Positions 1 to 7,740 of a stretch of DNA of 64,000 nucleotides are shown piece by piece. The position numbers and the translations under genes are program-made. Every line of letters starts with the position of its first letter. Positions within the stretch are counted from its first letter, which is position 1. The stretch is from an uncultured virus (IMG/VR IMGVR_UViG_3300013123_000002) (taxonomy: Duplodnaviria; Heunggongvirae; Uroviricota; Caudoviricetes): IMG/VR virus record IMGVR_UViG_3300013123_000002, one strand, 5' to 3'. A model generated the notes under the pieces. The model was not told where the DNA came from and did not search any database. It saw nothing but the letters and a program-made list of their open reading frames with translations.

Positions 1-3000
1 AGAAGTACCTGACGATCCAGAGCTTCCAGAAGTACCAGAAGTTCCTGAGGAACCTGAAGTACCTGACGATCCAGAGCTTCCAGAAGTACCAGAAGTTCCT
101 GAGGAACCTGAAGTACCTGACGAACCGGATGAACCAGATTTTCCAGAAGAACCGGAACTGCCGGATGACCCCGAAGTACCTGAACTGCCGGAGGAACCGG
201 CCTGGCCAGAGGTTCCAGAGGAACCACTTGAACCACTAGTACCGGAGGAACCGGACGAGCCTGACGTTCCAGAAGAACCGGATGATCCAGCCTGGCCTGA
301 AGTTCCGGAAGAACCTGAAGAACCTGAAGTTCCGGAAGAACCTGAGGAACCTGATTTGCCGGATGAACCTGAACTGCCGGATGAACCTGAAGTGCCGGAC
401 GATCCGCTTGAGCCTGCTGTACCGGAAGAACCGCTTGAACCGCTAGTGCCAGACGAACCGGAAGATCCATCTTTTCCTGATGTTCCAGAGGAACCGCTGG
501 ATCCTGATTTGCCAGATGAACCTGACGAACCTGATGAACCTGAAGAACCAGAGGTACCGCTAGAACCACTTGATCCTGATGTACCGCTTGATCCGCTTGA
601 TCCAGAATTACCTGAAGAACCTGAGGAGCCGCTAGTTCCTGACGAACCGCTTGATCCGCTCGTTCCAGACGAACCGGAAGATCCATCTTTTCCTGATGTT
701 CCGGAAGATCCTGACGATCCGCTTGTTCCGGATGAACCTGAAGAGCCAGAATTACCTGACGAGCCTGAGGAACCTGATGAACCGGCTGTGCCGGACGAGC
801 CAGAGGAACCTGATGTTCCAGATGATCCGCTGGAACCGGATGCTCCACTTGATCCTGAAGAGCCGGACGAACCTGAAGTTCCGGACGAACCTGAAGAACC
901 TGAAGTTCCAGAAGAGCCAGACGATCCTGATTTACCCGAAGAACCTGAGCTGCCAGAGGATCCTGACGTTCCTGAAGAACCGGAAGTTCCACTTGAACCG
1001 GAAGAACCAGCTGCTCCACTTGATCCAGAAGAACCTGAGGTACCTGAACTACCAGATGTTCCGCTTGAACCTGAGGTGCCAGACGATCCTGAGCTACCTG
1101 ATGTTCCTGATGAGCCGCTTGAACCTGAAGTACCCGATGAGCCGCTTGAACCTGAAGTACCCGATGAGCCGCTTGAGCCTGAAGTACCCGATGAGCCGCT
1201 TGAACCTGAAGTACCCGATGAGCCGCTTGAACCTGAAGTACCCGATGAGCCGCTTGAACCTGAAGTACCCGATGAGCCAGATGATCCACTGGAGCCAGAC
1301 GATCCGCTGGAACCGGAAGTTCCACTGGATCCACTGGATCCTGCGGCACCTGAAGAACCTGAAGAACCAGATGTTCCGCTTGAACCGGAAGAACCTGATG
1401 TGCCTGAAGTTCCATCTACTCCGGATAAACCAGAAGTGCCGGATGTTCCAGACGAACCTGTTGCTCCAGAAGAACCGCTAGATCCGCTGGATCCAGACGT
1501 ACCAGAAGAACCTGAAGTTCCTGAGGAACCTGAAGAACCTGCTTTGCCAGACGATCCGCTTGAACCTGATGACCCGCTTGAACCTGAACTACCTGAAGTA
1601 CCGGAAGAACCGGATGATCCTGATGTACCGGAAGAACCTGAGGAACCTGATTTGCCAGAAGAACCTGAACTGCCGGACGATCCGCTTGAACCTGAAGAAC
1701 CTGATGTGCCTGAAGAGCCAGAAGAACCGCTTACTCCTGAAGAACCAGACGATCCACTGGAACCAGAAGAGCCGGATGATCCAGCTGAACCTGATGTACC
1801 AGAAGATCCACTAGAGCCTGAAGAACCTGATGTGCCTGAAGAACCAGACGATCCACTGGAACCAGAAGAGCCTGAAGAACCTGATGTGCCTGAAGAACCA
1901 GAAGATCCACTGGAACCAGAAGAGCCTGAAGAACCTGATGTTCCGCTTGAGCCTGAAGAACCTGATGTGCCTGAAGAACCACTTGCACCTGATGATCCTG
2001 AACTACCTGAAGAGCCTGATGTTCCAGAAGAGCCTGAAGAACCTGATGTACCGGACGATCCAGAAGAACCACTTGCACCTGATGATCCTGAGCTACCTGA
2101 AGAACCTGATGTTCCGGAAGAGCCTGAAGAACCTGATGTACCGGACGATCCAGAAGAACCACTTGCACCTGATGATCCTGAGCTACCGGAAGAACCTGAT
2201 GTTCCGGAAGAGCCGCTTGAACCTGAGGAACCTGAAGTACCGGAAGAACCGCTTGACCCTGATGTTCCAGAGGAACCTGTTGTTCCACTTGAACCTGAGG
2301 AACCTGAAGAACCTGATGTTCCGGAAGAGCCGCTTGAACCTGAGGAACCTGAAGTACCGGAAGAACCGCTTGACCCTGATGTTCCACTTGAACCTGAAGA
2401 ACCTGATGTTCCTGATGAACCTGCTGTTCCACTTGAACCTGAGCTACCTGAAGTACCAGATGAACCCGCTGAACCTGAAGAACCTGATGTTCCGCTTGAA
2501 CCAGATGAGCCAGCTGCTCCACTTGATCCAGAAGAACCAGATGATCCTGAACTACCTGATGAACCAGACGATCCACTGGAACCGGAAGTGCCAGACGAGC
2601 CAGATGATCCGCTTGAACCAGAAGAACCGCTTGATCCTGATGTTCCTGACGATCCACTGGAACCGGCAGTACCTGACGAACCTGAAGAGCCGGCCGTTCC
2701 GCTAGAGCCTGAAGAACCTGAAGTTCCAGACGATCCGCTTGAACCTGATGTTCCGCTTGAGCCAGAAGAACCACTAGAGCCACTGGTTCCTGAAGAGCCG
2801 GAAGACCCAGCTGCTCCGCTTGATCCAGAGGAACCTGACGAACCTGATGTTCCGCTTGAACCGGATGATCCTGACGAGCCAGAAGATCCGCTTGAACCTG
2901 ATGTACCTGAAGAACCAGAAGAACCAGAAGAACCTGAGCTGCCAGAAGCGCCAGATGAACCAGATGATCCACTTGAACCAGAAGTTCCGCTTGAACCTGA

Positions 3001-5487
3001 TGAGCCAGCTGCTCCACTTGATCCAGAAGAACCTGAGGTTCCACTAGAACCTGATGATCCTGATGTTCCGCTTGATCCAGAAGAACCTGAGGTACCTGAT
3101 GAACCAGCTGAGCCGGAAGAACCTGAGGTTCCGCTAGAACCTGATGATCCTGAGGTTCCGCTAGAACCGGCTGATCCTGATGTTCCGCTTGATCCAGAAG
3201 AACCTGATGTGCCGGATGACCCAGCAGAGCCAGAAGAACCACTTGAGCCGGCTTTACCGGACGAGCCTGAAGAACCTGAAGTTCCAGAAGAACCAGATGA
3301 ACCTGAAGAACCTGAACTACCGGAAGATCCGCTTGAACCAGAAGAACCTGAAGTTCCAGAAGAACCTGAGGTTCCGGATGATCCTGAACTACCTGAAGAT
3401 CCGCTTGAACCAGAAGAGCCTGAGGTTCCGGATGAACCAGCAGAACCGGACGATCCACTTGAGCCTGAAGAACCTGAAGTGCCCGAAGACCCAGATGATC
3501 CTGCTTCACCTGACGTGCCGGAAGATCCCGATGAACCTGATGTACCGGAAGAGCCCGATGTTCCACTTGAACCTGAAGAACCTGATGTTCCTGATGAACC
3601 AGAAGAACCTGATGTTCCGCTTGATCCACTTGATCCCGAAGAACCAGACGTGCCGGAAGAACCTGATGTACCAGAAGATCCGCTTGATCCGCTTGATCCT
3701 GAATTACCGGATGACCCTGATGAACCACTTGAACCTGACGTACCTGATGAACCTGAACTTCCAGAGGTTCCAGAAGAACCGCTAGAACCAGATGTTCCGC
3801 TTGAACCAGCGCTTCCTGAAGAACCGGAAGTACCTGATGAACCTGAACTTCCAGATGTTCCAGAAGAACCTGATGATCCGCTTGAACCAGACGAACCTGA
3901 GCTACCTGACGTGCCGGATGACCCAGCAGAGCCAGAAGATCCACTTGATCCTGAACTACCGGACGATCCGCTTGAGCCCGATGAACCTGATGTACCGCTT
4001 GAGCCTGATGTACCGTTGGTTCCTGAAGAACCCGATGTGCCGCTTGAGCCTGATGAACCTGATGTTCCTGATGAACCTGATGTACCGGACGAGCCCGATG
4101 ATCCGCTTGAACCTGAAGAACCTGATGATCCGCTTGATCCGCTTGAACCAGAAGAACCAGAACTACCTGAAGTTCCTGAACTACCTGAGGAACCTGATGT
4201 GCCGCTTGATCCGCTTGAACCAGATGAACCAGAACTACCTGATGTGCCAGAAGATCCGCTTGAACCAGAAGAACCTGAAGTTCCAGAAGAACCAGATGAG
4301 CCAGAAGAACCAGAACTACCTGATGTGCCGCTTGATCCGCTTGAACCAGATGAACCAGAACTACCTGATGTGCCAGAAGAACCTGAAGAACCGGATGAGC
4401 CAGAAGAACCTGAAGAACCTGATGTGCCAGAGGAACCTGAAGAACCGGATGAGCCAGAAGAACCTGAAGAGCCTGATGTGCCAGAGGAACCTGAAGAACC
4501 TGATGTGCCAGATTCTCCTGAAGTACCAGAAGAACCAGATGAGCCAGAAGAACCAGAACTACCTGATGTGCCGCTTGAACCTGATGAACCTGAACTACCT
4601 GATGTGCCAGAAGAACCACTTGAACCTGAGCTGCCAGATTCTCCTGAAGTACCAGAAGAACCAGATGAACCTGAATTTCCTGAAGTTCCTGAACTACCAG
4701 AAGAACCAGAAGAACCAGATGAACCTGAATTTCCTGAAGTTCCTGAAGAACCGGAAGATCCGCTAGTTCCTGACGAACCTGATTCTCCAGACGAACCGGA
4801 CGATCCACTAGTTCCAGATGAACCAGAAGAACCGCTTGACCCAGCTTCTCCTGAAGTACCCGATGACCCTGAAGAACCTGTTTCGCCTGAGGTGCCAGAT
4901 GATCCGGACGAACCGGAAGAACCTGATGATCCAGAAGAACCACTTGATCCTGATTCTCCAGAAGTTCCAGAAGAACCACTTGATCCTGATTCGCCGGAGG
5001 TACCTGAACTTCCGGATTCTCCAGAAGTTCCAGATGAACCAGAAGATCCGCTTGAACCACTAGAACCTGAGGTACCGGAAGAACCGGATGAGCCGGCAGA
5101 TCCACTAGAACCTGACGAACCTGACGAACCACTGGAACCTGAGTCGCCAGAAGTTCCAGACGAACCCGAACTACCAGATTCACCTGATGTACCAGAAGAA
5201 CCGGAACTGCCAGATTCTCCAGAAGTGCCGGATGAACCTGATGAACCAGAAGTACCGCTCGAACCAGAAGAACCTGATTCTCCGGAGGTACCAGAAGATC
5301 CACTGGATCCTGATGAACCTGACGTGCCAGAGGATCCACTAGAGCCAGAAGAGCCGGCTTCGCCTGAGGAACCAGAAGAACCTGACGTACCACTTGAACC
5401 AGAAGAACCTGATTCGCCTGACGTACCGCTTGAACCAGAAGATCCAGAAGTTCCTGATGAACCGGCTGTACCAGAAGAACCGGAACC
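1..5487 (-). repeat. About 610 consecutive 9-nt Gly-X-Y units (mostly GSS/GTS) forming the coding repeat
   Basis: 9-nt periodic 'cc' on the + strand (Pro every third residue in the antisense ORF equals Gly every third on the minus strand), with degenerate synonymous codons. Confidence 0.95.
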
Positions 5488-5766
5488 TCCTCCGCTGTTG
5501 AATATTGACCAGTCTGAAATTAAAGTAGTTGGTGTGCCGGGTTCGTTTATTAAGTTGTAATATGTTCCGCTAGTGCCACTTATTCCTACACCAACGACCA
5601 TGCCCAATCTTCTTCTGTCAGGAGGAATGGCTAACATTTCAGCTTCGCTAGAAACGTTTCGCAAACCTTCTCGACCGTATATAGGATCAGTTACTGCATA
5701 AACATCAGTAGTATCGGTTGGAGTGATTATACCAGTAACTTTAACTGAGCCTGTAATTTCCGACAT
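1..5766 (-). CDS. Giant Gly-X-Y (GSS/GTS) collagen-like or polyglycine repeat protein, putative virion fibre; partial (runs off the left edge, >1922 aa)
   Basis: Translated by hand from ATG at 5766: MSEITGSVKVTGIITPTDTTDVYAVTDPIYGREGLRNVSSEAEMLAIPPDRRRLGMVV..., a ~90-aa N-domain followed by GSSGTAGSSGTSGSSGSSGTSGESG... with Gly every third residue down to position 1 and no stop. Co-oriented with, and 17 nt downstream of, the 5784..6686 gene. Confidence 0.9.
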   Translation of the reverse strand, partial: MSEITGSVKVTGIITPTDTTDVYAVTDPIYGREGLRNVSSEAEMLAIPPDRRRLGMVVGVGISGTSGTYYNLINEPGTPTTLISDWSIFNSGGGSGSSGTAGSSGTSGSSGSSGTSGESGSSGSSGTSGSSGSSGEAGSSGSSGSSGTSGSSGSSGSSGTSGESGSSGSSGTSGSSGSSGTSGESGSSGSSGTSGESGSSGSSGTSGDSGSSGSSGSSGSSGSAGSSGSSGTSGSSGSSGSSGSSGTSGESGSSGTSGESGSSGSSGTSGESGSSGSSGSSGSSGSSGSSGTSGETGSSGSSGTSGEAGSSGSSGSSGTSGSSGSSGESGSSGTSGSSGSSGTSGNSGSSGSSGSSGSSGTSGNSGSSGSSGTSGESGSSGSSGSSGTSGSSGSSGSSGTSGSSGSSGSSGSSGTSGESGTSGSSGSSGTSGSSGSSGSSGSSGSSGTSGSSGSSGSSGSSGSSGTSGSSGSSGSSGSSGTSGSSGSSGSSGSSGTSGSSGSSGSSGTSGSSGSSGSSGSSGTSGSSGSSGTSGSSGSSGSSGSSGSSGSSGSSGSSGSSGTSGSSGTSGSSGSSGTSGSSGTNGTSGSSGTSGSSGSSGSSGSSGSSGSSGSAGSSGTSGSSGSSGSSGSSGSSGTSGSSGSSGTSGSSGSAGSSGTSGSSGSSGTSGSSGSSGTSGSSGSSGSSGNSGSSGSSGSSGTSGSSGTSGSSGSSGSSGTSGSSGSSGTSGSSGSSGTSGSSGTSGSSGSSGTSGEAGSSGSSGTSGSSGSSGSSGSAGSSGTSGSSGSSGSSGSSGSSGTSGSSGTSGSSGSSGSSGSSGSSGSSGSSGTSGSSGSSGKAGSSGSSGSAGSSGTSGSSGSSGTSGSAGSSGTSGSSGSSGTSGSSGSAGSSGTSGSSGSSGTSGSSGSSGTSGSSGSSGAAGSSGSSGTSGSSGSSGSSGASGSSGSSGSSGSSGTSGSSGSSGSSGSSGSSGTSGSSGSSGSSGAAGSSGSSGTSGSSGSSGSSGTSGSSGSSGTSGSSGSSGTAGSSGSSGTAGSSGSSGTSGSSGSSGSSGSSGSSGTSGSSGSSGSSGSSGSSGSSGSSGAAGSSGSSGTSGSSGSAGSSGTSGSSGSSGTAGSSGTSGSSGSSGTSGSSGSSGTSGSSGSSGSSGTSGSSGSSGSSGTTGSSGTSGSSGSSGTSGSSGSSGSSGTSGSSGSSGSSGASGSSGSSGTSGSSGSSGTSGSSGSSGSSGASGSSGSSGTSGSSGSSGTSGSSGSSGSSGASGSSGTSGSSGSSGTSGSSGSSGSSGSSGSSGTSGSSGSSGSSGSSGSSGTSGSSGSSGSSGTSGSAGSSGSSGSSGSSGSSGVSGSSGSSGTSGSSGSSGSSGSSGSSGKSGSSGSSGTSGSSGSSGTSGSSGSSGSSGSSGSSGKAGSSGSSGTSGSSGTSGSSGSSGSSGATGSSGTSGTSGLSGVDGTSGTSGSSGSSGTSGSSGSSGAAGSSGSSGTSGSSGSSGSSGSSGSSGTSGSSGSSGTSGSSGSSGTSGSSGSSGTSGSSGSSGTSGSSGSSGTSGSSGSSGTSGSSGSSGTSGSSGTSGSSGTSGSSGSSGAAGSSGSSGTSGSSGTSGSSGSSGSSGKSGSSGSSGTSGSSGSSGTSGSSGSSGSSGASGSSGSSGTSGSSGSSGTAGSSGSSGSSGNSGSSGSSGTSGSSGSSGTSGKDGSSGSSGTSGSSGSSGTSGSSGSSGNSGSSGSSGTSGSSGSSGTSGSSGSSGSSGSSGKSGSSGSSGTSGKDGSSGSSGTSGSSGSSGTAGSSGSSGTSGSSGSSGSSGKSGSSGSSGTSGSSGSSGTSGQAGSSGSSGTSGSSGSSGTSGSSGSSGTSGQAGSSGSSGTSGSSGSSGSSGKSGSSGSSGTSGSSGTSGTSGSSGSSGTSGSSGTSGTSGSSGSSGTS
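1111..1272. repeat. Near-perfect 27-nt tandem repeat x6 inside the Gly-X-Y gene
   Basis: tgagccgcttgaacctgaagtacccga starts at 1111, 1138, 1165, 1192, 1219 and 1246. Confidence 0.9.
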
Positions 5767-5783
5767 TTATTATCTCTATTCTT

Positions 5784-6686
5784 TTACGATACTGTCATTG
5801 AAACAACGCCAACTATCGGATTTTTTGATCTGAACACGTTATACGTTTCTGTTTCTCCGTATGCATTGGTTATCGAAACCGTAGTGTAAGTTATGCTTCC
5901 GCCACCATCATTGTAGCCATCTGCTGAATCAGCTAGTGCAAACGGCAATCCGTTGTAAGTTATTGAAGCAGGTACACCGTATTCGTTAGGAATCGCTAAG
6001 TACTTATAGTCATTCGCGGCAAACGTATACGTTCCAACTCTTGACGATTTTATCGGATTGTTTAGTAGTGCTTCTACGAAAGCTTCGTTTGGCAACGCAG
6101 TTGATGAACTTGTTCCCCAAAAGACTCTCCAATACCACGATTTACTTTCAGTATCTATGTACGATCCGCCGTTAGTATTTAGCCCCTTTATCTGCCAAGT
6201 ATAAGAACCAGTAGAAGTTCTAACTACTGGACTTCCGTAAGTGTACGGAACTGCGATGCCGTCAGCCGGCTGACCGCTCAGTATGACGACAGATCCACCG
6301 GTCACGTCAGTGACGGTTATTGAGTTCGGCGAAACGTTAGGGTCGTTGGATGAGTTCCAAGTAAACGCTAAAGTAGCAGGCAGAGTTTCTCCAACTTCTA
6401 GAGAGCTAGATCCTGAGATAGAAAATGATGTAAAAGCTGGTACTTGGTATGGATAGAGGAGCATGGTCCACATCTGATCCATAGAAGCATTGTTAAAGGT
6501 AGAACCAGCAGTTATTCCACCCAATGTAGTTGGGACAGGGTCGGTATTCGAATACGTGACGATCCCACCGACATTATCGCTCCAATAAACGTTTCCATCG
6601 ACATCAATGACCAAAAATCGAGTTTTGGTATTGTCCTTAGTAACATTTGAAAGATCTACTTGCTTGATCTGTAGCTTATGAGACAT
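5784..6686 (-). CDS. Putative virion structural protein, beta-rich Ig-like (300 aa)
   Basis: Long ORF with Ser/Thr/Gly-rich beta-strand character, a late promoter motif upstream, and directly upstream of the giant repeat gene. Confidence 0.6.
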   Translation of the reverse strand: MSHKLQIKQVDLSNVTKDNTKTRFLVIDVDGNVYWSDNVGGIVTYSNTDPVPTTLGGITAGSTFNNASMDQMWTMLLYPYQVPAFTSFSISGSSSLEVGETLPATLAFTWNSSNDPNVSPNSITVTDVTGGSVVILSGQPADGIAVPYTYGSPVVRTSTGSYTWQIKGLNTNGGSYIDTESKSWYWRVFWGTSSSTALPNEAFVEALLNNPIKSSRVGTYTFAANDYKYLAIPNEYGVPASITYNGLPFALADSADGYNDGGGSITYTTVSITNAYGETETYNVFRSKNPIVGVVSMTVS

Positions 6687-6715
6687 TTAGGCCTAACTTC
6701 ATTTTTTGCTAAAGT

Positions 6716-6723
6716 TATTTATC
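6716..6723 (-). promoter_or_regulatory. Late promoter (GATAAATA)
   Basis: T4-late-like TATAAATA variant about 30 nt upstream of ATG 6686; the motif recurs before structural genes. Confidence 0.7.
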
Positions 6724-6744
6724 AGCCCAAACCAAGTAAACAGA

Positions 6745-7701
6745 TTACATACGGCGTTCTTTTGCGTACAGAATGGCTTCTACGTACTTGTAGGAAGCAG
6801 TATTTTTATCGAGGTTGGAAAAATCAGCGGTAAATGGATCTTTGTTGATAAAATCCCCTTTGTAAAATAGCTTACCGCCCTCGCTGGACGTGACTCCAGC
6901 ATTGTGCATTATCTTGCACTTTTCGTAATCTGGTATGGGAGAAGTTCCCCAGCTAAAATCGAGTTCCTTGGATATTCTCGGTTGAGCTCCGATCTTTAAG
7001 CCGTTCCACAGAACGGCCCACATGTCAGCACACCATTTTTGGATAGGATTGTACGATTTCAACTGCTCTGCTGTCAGAAACGATCGTTCCATGGTTTCAG
7101 CGTTGTTCATGTGCTTGTACAGAGCCAGTGCATCTTCCTTAACGCTTTTCCAGTAAGAAGAGGTAAGACACTTCATCAGGTGCTGAGCTCCGCCAGAATT
7201 TTTCTGATTCTGTTCAACTAATTCTGGAGATACCTTTGCGATCTGACACATTTCCTTGAAAAGTGTTTCCGACTTGGATTTTATGTACTCGGCTCCAATG
7301 TATGACACAGTATCACTCAAGTACCAGTATAAATCATCGTGCATCGAATCGAAATCAGGAAGCTCTCTAAAGATGATGTCGGAATCGTGGTAAAATACGA
7401 CTTCTCCTCTTAGGTTTGGAAACTTGGAAAAATGCTGTTCGAGTATGTCGGGTCTCAGGATCGGAATGTAGCCAAAATTATCCTTTACCGTTCTATCGTA
7501 CCAGAAAAACCTAACGCACGGGTATTTTTGAGCTAAACTTAGAAGGTCAGGAGATGGATTTCCAAAAATAGCCCAAATCACTTCTATCCAGTTAGGATTT
7601 ATTCCAACTTTCATGAAATTATGAATCATTACCTCAACTTGCCAGTGAAAATACGGCACATCCGGTTGAGCAGATATGAATACGACTTTTTTGGTTAACA
7701 T
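6745..7701 (-). CDS. GT-A glycosyltransferase resembling plant peptidyl-serine O-galactosyltransferase (SGT1/GT96) and HPAT (GT95)
   Basis: DxD motif YHDSDIIFR. Motifs YFHWQ, YIPILRP, SGG and WCADMW occur in the order of recalled SGT1 motifs YFDWQ, YPAINKP, LDADMIIR, VGG and WISEMY. Confidence 0.7.
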   Translation of the reverse strand: MLTKKVVFISAQPDVPYFHWQVEVMIHNFMKVGINPNWIEVIWAIFGNPSPDLLSLAQKYPCVRFFWYDRTVKDNFGYIPILRPDILEQHFSKFPNLRGEVVFYHDSDIIFRELPDFDSMHDDLYWYLSDTVSYIGAEYIKSKSETLFKEMCQIAKVSPELVEQNQKNSGGAQHLMKCLTSSYWKSVKEDALALYKHMNNAETMERSFLTAEQLKSYNPIQKWCADMWAVLWNGLKIGAQPRISKELDFSWGTSPIPDYEKCKIMHNAGVTSSEGGKLFYKGDFINKDPFTADFSNLDKNTASYKYVEAILYAKERRM

Positions 7702-7710
7702 CTCTGACTA

Positions 7711-7737
7711 ATTATACTCTAAAAGCTTTAGCAGTTT
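7711..7737 (-). promoter_or_regulatory. Pre-late-type promoter AAAC-N17-TATAAT for the glycosyltransferase
   Basis: Minus strand aaac-tgctaaagcttttagag-tataat ending 9 nt before the ATG at 7701. Confidence 0.7.
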
Positions 7738-7740
7738 AGG

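Noticed and set aside
1731..5393. 1220-aa minus-strand QVLLVH-repeat ORF and the many short + strand ORFs in 651-5063
   Set aside because: Alternative frames of the same repeat. Only the frame starting at 5766 has a unique N-domain and proper spacing from the upstream gene.
1..5487. CRISPR array or satellite DNA
   Set aside because: The periodicity is 9 nt with synonymous variation and no unique spacers; this is a coding repeat.
356..5560. 1734-aa + strand PDEPE-repeat ORF
   Set aside because: Antisense shadow of the minus-strand Gly-X-Y gene: it starts mid-repeat at TTG, opposes the operon direction and has no promoter motif.
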